A DNA stretch of 36,782 nucleotides from Nemertoderma westbladi (Eukaryota > Animalia > Xenacoelomorpha). Under the pieces are notes generated by a model. The model did not search any database and was not told the origin of the DNA. It saw only the letters and a list, made by a program, of their open reading frames with translations. The position numbers and the translations under genes are program-made. Location: NCBI GenBank assembly GCA_032718475.1, contig JAUCBJ010004702.1, positions 1 through 36,782 of the forward strand, given 5' to 3'. Each line of letters starts with the position of its first letter. Within the stretch, counting starts at the first letter, position 1. This document shows, piece by piece, positions 24,406 to 35,600 of this stretch.

Positions 24406-24702
24406 TTATTTCCTTCTAGTTTCTTTTTTTAATCCCTGTTTCCCGCCTTTGCTATCATCTTGTTCTTTGCGACCCTTGCTGGGTGATTCATCTCTACCCC
24501 TCCCTCCGGCAGGTTTACGCTTTGGAGATTCGTCTTTCCGTTTCGCGTCTCCACCGCCAGCTGGCTTCCGTGTTGGAGAAACTTCCCTATTTGCTATCAT
24601 TTCCCCTAGAATTTCGTTTTTCGCCATCGACATGCGTTGGTGGTCCTGCAAGCGGCCTTGTCGTCTAAGCTGGGTGAGATGCAATCCTCGTTGTTCTTTC
24701 AT
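24406..24702 (-). CDS. Candidate coding exon, basic and disordered, with duplicated SPxRKPAGG
   Basis: GC-richer island in AT-rich DNA; acceptor TTTTTATAGTCAG; 98-codon open frame MKEQRGLHLTQLRRQ...SPTRKPAGGG...SPKRKPAGGRGRDESPSKGRK...*. Confidence 0.5.
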   Translation of the reverse strand: MKEQRGLHLTQLRRQGRLQDHQRMSMAKNEILGEMIANREVSPTRKPAGGGDAKRKDESPKRKPAGGRGRDESPSKGRKEQDDSKGGKQGLKKETRRK

Positions 24703-25258
24703 CTGACTATAAAAATTATAATAATTAAACAAAAAACAATAAATACCATGTTGTTTGTTACGTCAGTGCATCTGTTTACATCTCGATTAAACACAAACAA
24801 ACACATAATACCGTACCATGAGGTAACTCATCTTTATACCTCGATCAGTAGTTGGCTGGACAAGACAGTTTACCAAGTAGAAGTTAAATTAGTTTTGATT
24901 ATATTGTTATTATTATTTATTATTCTGCATAATTATGTATTGTAATTTCGCAATTTGTAATCCAACATTGATGGATTTCAATGAATCTTGCTTCACTGCT
25001 GCAGTGGGACCTGTAATAAATAAACTCGAAGCCAGATTTGATTTAAACATTCGCGCAGCACAAACACATTCACAAACTTAATAAATTTATTACAGATGCG
25101 TAAATACAAATAATTATAATAGTAAACTCATTAACTTATTATATTAGTGTCATTTATCTATGGATGTGGATCCAACGTCTACAAAATAAATCATAACATT
25201 GTTGTGAATTATCTAAGATCTGGAACTCGCACACCCTTATTACAATAGCTAATAATGG

Positions 25259-25422
25259 TGAAATAAACCGAAATACTGAGTGAAATGCGCAGAAATATTG
25301 AACGAAATAAACAGAAACATTGAGTGAAATAAACAGAAACATTGAGTGAAATAAACAGAAACATTGAGTGAAATAAACAAAAACATTGAGTGAAATAAAC
25401 AGAAATATTGAGTGAAATAAAC
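25259..25422. repeat. 22-bp tandem repeat, ~7 copies
   Basis: Unit GAAATAAACAGAAACATTGAGT. Confidence 0.92.
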
Positions 25423-25482
25423 ATAATATTTCTAGATTAATGGTATAATTCAAATGGGGTAAAACAGCAGAGATCACAATAA

Positions 25483-26010
25483 AACTCCCCACTATCACCA
25501 ACCAGTTACGAACTCAAACTAACTCCCCACTATCACCAACCTTTCACGAACTCAAACTAACTCCCCACTATCACCAACCAGTCACGAACTCAAACTAACT
25601 CCCCACTATCAGCAACCAGTCACGAACTCAAACTAACTCCCCACTATCACCCAGTCACGAACTCAAACTAACTCCCCACTATCAGCAACCAGTCACGAAC
25701 TCAAACTAACTCCCCACTATCACCCAGTCACGAACTCAAACTAACTCCCCACTATCAGCAACCAGTCACGAACTCAAACTAACTCCTCACTATCACCCAG
25801 TCACGAACTCAAACTAACTCCCCACTATCACCAACCAGTCACGAACTCAAACTAACTCCCCGCTATTACCAACCAGTCACGAACTCAAACTAACTCCCCA
25901 CTATCACCAACCAGTCACGAACTCAAACTAACTTCCCACTATCACCAAGCAGTGACTCCCCACTAACAACTCTCCACTATCACCCGACTATCACCAACCA
26001 GTCACGAATT
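25483..26010. repeat. 38-bp tandem repeat (with 35-bp variants), ~13-14 copies
   Basis: Unit AACTCCCCACTATCACCAACCAGTCACGAACTCAAACT; the middle of the array alternates 38-bp and 35-bp units. Confidence 0.96.
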
Positions 26011-26605
26011 CATTAGAATATTGCACATTTATGGTTGAGGAGTGTGGCGGTTCATAATGACACGTTCGGATGACCAACGTATGTAGGCGTGTGCGTGGGT
26101 TATTTATTAGCGCGATTAATATATTTATTAATAATTGTATAGGGTAATCATTGCTTTCATGAGCCCCCAGAACAACCGTAGGTGGGTGGGTAATTGGGTA
26201 TATATACGTATTATACGCAGCCTGGAGACAACAACACTGGCCAGAAATGATTACCCTCTTGGATTAATAAATAAATTAATCGCAAACATAAAGCTCCCAC
26301 TCAGACACCCACAAGTAGTCTCTGTATCTCCATACAACATAATATTCAACCACTTATATTGCAACATTTCATGACAGAGAATAATATTAAAACAAGTTAA
26401 ACAAGCCATTACCAATTCACATTTCACCCACAAACACCGCAGGTGTGTCATCTAAGATTATTATATAGGTGTTGTTGCGGTACGGGTACTTTTTTGGCAT
26501 AGTAGCTGTAACGTGACTTTGAATGTCGCTGAACAGTACGTCTACTCGTAAAAGTTGCTTTACGGCTACTATCGCGTTACAAATACTCTCTTGTGTTGTT
26601 TTACT

Positions 26606-26636
26606 TAAGAGACTCACTAAAACTTAGAGTCTCTTA
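26606..26636. other. Stem-loop abutting the satellite array
   Basis: TAAGAGACTC-ACTAAAACTTA-GAGTCTCTTA, a perfect 10-bp stem, followed by (TAG)n and the first monomer. Confidence 0.75.
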
Positions 26637-26639
26637 GTA

Positions 26640-29600
26640 GTAGTAGCCGTAACGCGACAGTGATTACCTGTAACGCGACAGTGAGTAGCCGTAACGTGAC
26701 AGTGAGTAGCCGTAACGCGACAGTGAGTAGCCGTAACGCGACAGTGAGTAGCAGTAACGCGACAGTTAGTAGCTGTAACGCGACAGTGAGAAGCCGTAAC
26801 CCGACAGTGAGTAGCCGTAATGCGAGAATCAGTAGCCGTAACGCGACAGTGAGTAGCCGTAATGCTACAGAGAGTAGAATTAACGCGACAGTGAGTAGCC
26901 GTAACGCGACAGTGAGTAGCCATAACGAGACAGTGAGTAGCCGTAACGCGAGAGAGAGTAGCAGTAATGCGACAGTGAGTAGCAGTAGCGCGACAGTGAG
27001 TAGCCGTAACGCGAGAATCAGTAGCCGTAACGCGACAGTGAGTAGCCGTAATGCTACAGAGAGTAGAATTAACGCGACAGTGAGTAGCCGTAACGCGACA
27101 GTGAGTAGCCATAACGAGACAGTGAGTAGCCGTAACGCAACAGTGAGTAGCAGTAAATCAACAGTGAGTAGCAGTAGTGCAAGAATCAGTAGCCGTAACG
27201 CGACAGTGAGTAGCCGGAACACGAGAATCAGTAGCCGTAACGCGACAGTGAGTAGCCGTAACGCGGCAGTGAGTAGCAGTAGCGCGAGAATCAGTAGCCG
27301 TAACGCGACAGTGAGTAGCCGTAATGCGAGAATCAGTAGCCGTAACGCGACAGTGAGTAGCCATAACACGACAGAGAGTAGCCGTAACGCGACAGTGAGT
27401 AGCCGTAACGCGACAGTGTGTAGCAGTAGCGTGACAGTGAGTAGCAGTAGCGCGACAGTGAGTAGCATTAACGCGACAGTGAGTAGCAGTAGCGCGACAG
27501 TGAGTAGCCGTAACGCGAGAATCAGTAGCCGTAACGCGACAGTGAGTAGCCGTAACGCTACAGAGAGTAGAATTAACGCGACAGTGAGTAGCCGTAACGC
27601 GACAGTGAGTAGCCATAACGAGACAGTGAGTAGCCGTAACGCAACAGTGAGTAGCAGTAAATCAACAGTGAGTAGCAGTAGTGCAAGAATCAGTAGCCGT
27701 AACGCGACAGTGAGTAGCCGGAACACGAGAATCAGTAGCCGTAACGCGACAGTGAGTAGCCGGAACACGAGAATCAGTAGCCGTAACGCGACAGTGAGTA
27801 GCCGTAACGCGGCAGTGAGTAGCAGTAGCGCGAGAATCAGTAGCCGTAACGCGACAGTGAGTAGCCGTAATGCGAGAATCAGTAGCCGTAACGCGACAGT
27901 GAGTAGCCATAACACGACAGAGAGTAGCCGTAACGCGACAGTGAGTAGCCGTAACGCGACAGTGTGTAGCAGTAGCGTGACAGTGAGTAGCAGTAGCGCG
28001 ACAGTGAGTAGCATTAACGCGACAGTGAGTAGCAGTAGCGCGACAGAGAGTAGCCGTAACGCGACAGTGAGTAGCCGTAACGCAACAGTGAGTAGCCATA
28101 ACGCGACAGTGAGTAGCACTAGCGCGACAGTGAGTAGCCGTAACGTGAGAATCAGTAGCTGTAACGCGACAGTGAGTAGCCGTAACGGGAGAGAGAGTAG
28201 CAGTAACGCGACAGTGAGTAGAAGTAGCGCAACAGTGCGTAGCCGTAACACGAGAATCAGTAGCCGTAACGCGACAGTGAGTAGCCGTAACGCTACAGAG
28301 AGTAGCAGTAACGCGATAGTGAGTAGCCATAACGCGACAGTGAGTAGCTGTAACGCATCAGAGTGTAGCAGTAACGCGACAGTGAGTAGCAGTAACGCGA
28401 CAGTGAGTAGCAGTAGCGCGACAGTGAGTAGCCGTAACGCGAGAATCAGTAGCCGTAACGAGACAGTGAGTAGCCGTAACGTGACAGAGAGTAGCAGTAA
28501 CGCTACAGTGAGTAGCCGTAACGCGACAGTGAGTAGCCATAATATGACAGTGAGTAGCAGTAGTGCGACAGTGAGTAGCTGTAACGCGAGAATCAGTAGC
28601 CATAACGCGACAGTGAGTAGCCGTAACGTGGCAGTGAGTAGCAGTAACGCGACAGTGAGAAGCCATAACGCGACAGTGAGTAGCAGTAGCGCCACAGTGA
28701 GTAGCAGTAGTGCGACAGTAGCTGTAACGCGACAGTGAGTAGCCGTAACGCGACAGTGAGTAGCAGTAAAGCGACAGTGAGTAGCAGTAGCGCGACAGAG
28801 AGTAGCCATAACGCGACAGTGAGTAGCCGTAACGCGACAGTGAGTAGCAGTAGCGCGACAGAGAGTAGCAGTAGTGCGACAGTGAGTAGCCATAACGCGA
28901 GAATCTGTAGCCGCAACGCGACAGTGAGTAGCCTTAACGCGACAGAGAGTAGCAGTAACGTGACAGTGAGTAGCCATAACGCGACAGTGAGTAGCCGTAA
29001 CGCAACAGTGAGTAGCAGTAACGCAACAGTGAGTAGCAGTAACACGACAGTGAGTAGCCATAACGCAACAGTGAGTGTCCGTAACGCGACAGTGAGTAGC
29101 AGTAATGCGACAGTGAGTAGCAGTAGCATGACAGAGAGTAGCCGTAACGCGACAATGAGTAGCCGTAACGCGGCAGTGAGTAGCCGTAACGCGACAGAGA
29201 GTAGCCGTAACGCAACAGTGAGTAGCCGTAGTGCGAGAATCAGTAGCCGTAACGCGACAGTGAGTAGCCGTAATGCGGCAGAGAGTAGCAGTAATGCGAC
29301 AGTGAGTAGCAGTAACACGACAGTGAGTAGCCATAACGCAACAGTGAGTGTCCGTAACGCGACAGTGAGTAGCCGTAATGCGACAGTGAGTAGCAGTAGC
29401 ATGACAGAGAGTAGCCATAACGCGACAGTGAGTAGCCGTAACGCGACAGTGAGTAGCCGTAATGCAACAGAGAGTAGCCGTAACGCAACAGTGAGTAGCC
29501 GTAGTGCGAGAATCAGTAGCCGTAACGCGACAGTGAGTAGCCGTAATGCGGCAGAGAGTAGCAGTAACGCGACAGTGAGTAGCAGTAACGCGACAGTGAG

Positions 29601-32600
29601 TAGCCGTAACGCGACTGTGAGTAGCCGTAACGCGACAGTGAGTAGCCGTAACGCGACAGTGAGTAGCCGTAACGCGACAGTGAGTAGCCGTAACGCGAAA
29701 GAGAGTAGCCATAATGCAACAGTGAGTAGCCGTAACGCAACAGTGAGTAGCCGTAGTGCGAGAATCAGTAGCCGTAACGCGACAGTGAGTAGCCGTAATG
29801 CGGCAGAGAGTAGCAGTAACGCGACAGTGAGTAGCAGTAACGCGACAGTGAGTAGCCGTAACGCGACAGTGAGTAGCCGTAACGCGACAGTGAGTAGCCG
29901 TAACGCGACAGTGAGTAGCCGTAACGCGAAAGAGAGTAGCCATAACGCAACAGTGAGTAGCCGTAACGCAACAGTGAGTAGCCGTAGTGCGAGAATCAGT
30001 AGCCGTAACGCGACAGTGAGTAGCCGTAATGCGGCAGAGAGTAGCAGTAACGCGACAGTGAGTAGCAGTAACACGACAGTGAGTAGCCATAACGCAACAG
30101 TGAGTGTCCGTAACGCGACAGTGAGTAGCCGTAATGCGACAGTGAGTAGCAGTAGAATGACAGAGAGTAGCCGTAACGCGACAGTGAGTAGCCGTAACGC
30201 GACAGTGAGTAGCCGTAATGCGACAGAGAGTAGCCGTAACGCGACAGTGAGTAGCCGTAACGCTACAGAGAGTAGAATTAACGCGACAGTGAGTAGCCGT
30301 AACGCGACAGTGAGTAGCCGTAACGCGACAGAGAGTAGCCATAATATGACAGTGAGTAGCAGTAGTGCGACAGTGAGTAGCTGTAACGCGAGAATCAGTA
30401 GCCATAACGCGACAGTGAGTAGCCGTAACGTGGCAGTGAGTAGCAGTAACGCGACAGTGAGAAGCCATAACGCGACAGTGAGTAGCAGTAGCGCCACAGT
30501 GAGTAGCAGTAGTGCGACAGTAGCTGTAACGCGACAGTGAGTAGCCGTAACGCGACAGTGAGTAGCAGTAAAGCGACAGTGAGTAGCAGTAGCGCGACAG
30601 AGAGTAGCCATAACGCGACAGTGAGTAGCCGTAACGCGACAGTGAGTAGCAGTAGCGCGACAGAGAGTAGCAGTAGTGCGACAGTGAGTATCCATAACGC
30701 GAGAATCTGTAGCCGCAACGCGACAGTGAGTAGCCTTAACGCGACAGAGAGTAGCAGTAACGTGACAGTGAGTAGCCATAACGCGACAGTGAGTAGCCGT
30801 AACGCAACAGTGAGTAGCAGTAACGCAACAGTGAGTAGCAGTAACACGACAGTGAGTAGCCATAACGCAACAGTGAGTGTCCGTAACGCGACAGTGAGTA
30901 GCAGTAATGCGACAGTGAGTAGCAGTAGCATGACAGAGAGTAGCCGTAACGCGACAATGAGTAGCCGTAACGCGGCAGTGAGTAGCCGTAACGCGACAGA
31001 GAGTAGCCGTAACGCAACAGTGAGTAGCCGTAGTGCGAGAATCAGTAGCCGTAACGCGACAGTGAGTAGCCGTAATGCGGCAGAGAGTAGCAGTAACGCA
31101 ACAGTGAGTAGCAGTAACACGACAGTGAGTAGCCATAACGCAACAGTGAGTGTCCGTAACGCGACAGTGAGTAGCCGTAATGCGACAGTGAGTAGCAGTA
31201 GCATGACAGAGAGTAGCCGTAACGCGACAGTGAGTAGCCGTAACGCGACAGTGAGTAGCCGTAATGCGACAGAGAGTAGCCGTAACGCAACAGTGAGTAG
31301 CCGTAGTGCGAGAATCAGTAGCCGTAACGCGACAGTGAGTAGCCGTAATGCGGCAGAGAGTAGCAGTAACGCGACAGTGAGTAGCAGTAACGCGACAGTG
31401 AGTAGCCGTAACGCGACAGTGAGTAGCCGTAACGCGACAGTGAGTAGCCGTAACGCGACAGTGAGTAGCCGTAACGCGACAGTGAGTAGCCGTAACGCGA
31501 AAGAGAGTAGCCATAATGCAACAGTGAGTAGCCGTAACGCAACAGTGAGTAGCCGTAGTGCGAGAATCAGTAGCCGTAACGCGACAGTGAGTAGCCGTAA
31601 TGCGGCAGAGAGTAGCAGTAACGCGACAGTGAGTAGCAGTAACGCGACAGTGAGTAGCCGTAACGCGACAGTGAGTAGCCGTAACGCGACAGTGAGTAGC
31701 CGTAACGCGACAGTGAGTAGCCGTAACGCGAAAGAGAGTAGCCATAACGCAACAGTGAGTAGCCGTAACGCAACAGTGAGTAGCCGTAGTGCGAGAATCA
31801 GTAGCCGTAACGCGACAGTGAGTAGCCGTAATGCGGCAGAGAGTAGCAGTAACGCGACAGTGAGTAGCAGTAACACGACAGTGAGTAGCCATAACGCAAC
31901 AGTGAGTGTCCGTAACGCGACAGTGAGTAGCCGTAATGCGACAGTGAGTAGCAGTAGAATGACAGAGAGTAGCCGTAACGCGACAGTGAGTAGCCGTAAC
32001 GCGACAGTGAGTAGCCGTAATGCGACAGAGAGTAGCCGTAACGCGACAGTGAGTAGCCGTAACGCTACAGAGAGTAGAATTAACGCGACAGTGAGTAGCC
32101 GTAACGCGACAGTGAGTAGCCGTAACGCGACAGAGAGTAGCCATAACGAGACAGTGAGTAGCCGTAACGCAACAGTGAGTAGCAGTAAATCAACAGTGAG
32201 TAGCAGTAGCGCAAGAATCAGTAGCCGTAACGCGACAGTGAGTAGCCGGAACACGAGAATCAGTAGCCGTAACGCGACAGTGAGTAGCCGTAACGCGGCA
32301 GTGAGTAGCAGTAGCGCGAGAATCAGTAGCCGTAACGCGACAGTGAGTAGCCGTAATGCGAGAATCAGTAGCCGTAACGCGACAGTGAGTAGCCATAACA
32401 CGACAGAGAGTAGCCGTAACGCGACAGTGAGTAGCCGTAACGCGACAGTGTGTAGCAGTAGCGTGACAGTGAGTAGCAGTAGCGCGACAGTGAGTAGCAT
32501 TAACGCGACAGTGAGTAGCAGTAGCGCGACAGAGAGTAGCCGTAACGCGACAGTGAGTAGCCGTAACGCAACAGTGAGTAGCCATAACGCGACAGTGAGT

Positions 32601-35600
32601 AGCACTAGCGCGACAGTGAGTAGCCGTAACGTGAGAATCAGTAGCTGTAACGCGACAGTGAGTAGCCGTAACGGGAGAGAGAGTAGCAGTAACGCGACAG
32701 TGAGTAGAAGTAGCGCAACAGTGCGTAGCCGTAACACGAGAATCAGTAGCCGTAACGCGACAGTGAGTAGCCGTAACGCTACAGAGAGTAGCAGTAACGC
32801 GATAGTGAGTAGCCATAACGCGACAGTGAGTAGCTGTAACGCATCAGAGTGTAGCAGTAACGCGACAGTGAGTAGCAGTAACGCGACAGTGAGTAGCAGT
32901 AGCGCGACAGTGAGTAGCCGTAACGCGAGAATCAGTAGCCGTAACGAGACAGTGAGTAGCCGTAACGTGACAGAGAGTAGCAGTAACGCTACAGTGAGTA
33001 GCCGTAACGCGACAGTGAGTAGCCATAATATGACAGTGAGTAGCAGTAGTGCGACAGTGAGTAGCTGTAACGCGAGAATCAGTAGCCATAACGCGACAGT
33101 GAGTAGCCGTAACGTGGCAGTGAGTAGCAGTAACGCGACAGTGAGAAGCCATAACGCGACAGTGAGTAGCAGTAGCGCCACAGTGAGTAGCAGTAGTGCG
33201 ACAGTAGCTGTAACGCGACAGTGAGTAGCCGTAACGCGACAGTGAGTAGCAGTAAAGCGACAGTGAGTAGCAGTAGCGCGACAGAGAGTAGCCATAACGC
33301 GACAGTGAGTAGCCGTAACGCGACAGTGAGTAGCAGTAGCGCGACAGAGAGTAGCAGTAGTGCGACAGTGAGTAGCCATAACGCGAGAATCTGTAGCCGC
33401 AACGCGACAGTGAGTAGCCTTAACGCGACAGAGAGTAGCAGTAACGTGACAGTGAGTAGCCATAACGCGACAGTGAGTAGCCGTAACGCAACAGTGAGTA
33501 GCAGTAACGCAACAGTGAGTAGCAGTAACACGACAGTGAGTAGCCATAACGCAACAGTGAGTGTCCGTAACGCGACAGTGAGTAGCAGTAATGCGACAGT
33601 GAGTAGCAGTAGCATGACAGAGAGTAGCCGTAACGCGACAATGAGTAGCCGTAACGCGGCAGTGAGTAGCCGTAACGCGACAGAGAGTAGCCGTAACGCA
33701 ACAGTGAGTAGCCGTAGTGCGAGAATCAGTAGCCGTAACGCGACAGTGAGTAGCCGTAATGCGGCAGAGAGTAGCAGTAACGCGACAGTGAGTAGCAGTA
33801 ACACGACAGTGAGTAGCCATAACGCAACAGTGAGTGTCCGTAACGCGACAGTGAGTAGCCGTAATGCGACAGTGAGTAGCAGTAGCATGACAGAGAGTAG
33901 CCGTAACGCGACAGTGAGTAGCCGTAACGCGACAGTGAGTAGCCGTAATGCGACAGAGAGTAGCCGTAACGCAACAGTGAGTAGCCGTAGTGCGAGAATC
34001 AGTAGCCGTAACGCGACAGTGAGTAGCCGTAATGCGGCAGAGAGTAGCAGTAACGCGACAGTGAGTAGCAGTAACGCGACAGTGAGTAGCCGTAACGCGA
34101 CAGTGAGTAGCCGTAACGCGACAGTGAGTAGCCGTAACGCGACAGTGAGTAGCCGTAACGCGACAGTGAGTAGCCGTAACGCGAAAGAGAGTAGCCATAA
34201 TGCAACAGTGAGTAGCCGTAACGCAACAGTGAGTAGCCGTAGTGCGAGAATCAGTAGCCGTAACGCGACAGTGAGTAGCCGTAATGCGGCAGAGAGTAGC
34301 AGTAACGCGACAGTGAGTAGCAGTAACGCGACAGTGAGTAGCCGTAACGCGACAGTGAGTAGCCGTAACGCGACAGTGAGTAGCCGTAACGCGACAGTGA
34401 GTAGCCGTAACGCGAAAGAGAGTAGCCATAACGCAACAGTGAGTAGCCGTAACGCAACAGTGAGTAGCCGTAGTGCGAGAATCAGTAGCCGTAACGCGAC
34501 AGTGAGTAGCCGTAATGCGGCAGAGAGTAGCAGTAACGCGACAGTGAGTAGCAGTAACACGACAGTGAGTAGCCATAACGCAACAGTGAGTGTCCGTAAC
34601 GCGACAGTGAGTAGCCGTAATGCGACAGTGAGTAGCAGTAGAATGACAGAGAGTAGCCGTAACGCGACAGTGAGTAGCCGTAACGCGACAGTGAGTAGCC
34701 GTAATGCGACAGAGAGTAGCCGTAACGCGACAGTGAGTAGCCGTAACGCTACAGAGAGTAGAATTAACGCGACAGTGAGTAGCCGTAACGCGACAGTGAG
34801 TAGCCGTAACGCGACAGAGAGTAGCCATAACGAGACAGTGAGTAGCCGTAACGCAACAGTGAGTAGCAGTAAATCAACAGTGAGTAGCAGTAGCGCAAGA
34901 ATCAGTAGCCGTAACGCGACAGTGAGTAGCCGGAACACGAGAATCAGTAGCCGTAACGCGACAGTGAGTAGCCGTAACGCGGCAGTGAGTAGCAGTAGCG
35001 CGAGAATCAGTAGCCGTAACGCGACAGTGAGTAGCCGTAATGCGAGAATCAGTAGCCGTAACGCGACAGTGAGTAGCCATAACACGACAGAGAGTAGCCG
35101 TAACGCGACAGTGAGTAGCCGTAACGCGACAGTGTGTAGCAGTAGCGTGACAGTGAGTAGCAGTAGCGCGACAGTGAGTAGCATTAACGCGACAGTGAGT
35201 AGCAGTAGCGCGACAGAGAGTAGCCGTAACGCGACAGTGAGTAGCCGTAACGCAACAGTGAGTAGCCATAACGCGACAGTGAGTAGCACTAGCGCGACAG
35301 TGAGTAGCCGTAACGTGAGAATCAGTAGCTGTAACGCGACAGTGAGTAGCCGTAACGGGAGAGAGAGTAGCAGTAACGCGACAGTGAGTAGAAGTAGCGC
35401 AACAGTGCGTAGCCGTAACACGAGAATCAGTAGCCGTAACGCGACAGTGAGTAGCCGTAACGCTACAGAGAGTAGCAGTAACGCGATAGTGAGTAGCCAT
35501 AACGCGACAGTGAGTAGCTGTAACGCATCAGAGTGTAGCAGTAACGCGACAGTGAGTAGCAGTAACGCGACAGTGAGTAGCAGTAGCGCGACAGTGAGTA

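Noticed and set aside
25483-26010. CRISPR-like array (38-bp repeats)
   Set aside because: Units are contiguous with no unique spacers, there are no cas genes, and the context is eukaryotic. The same applies to the 21- and 22-bp arrays.
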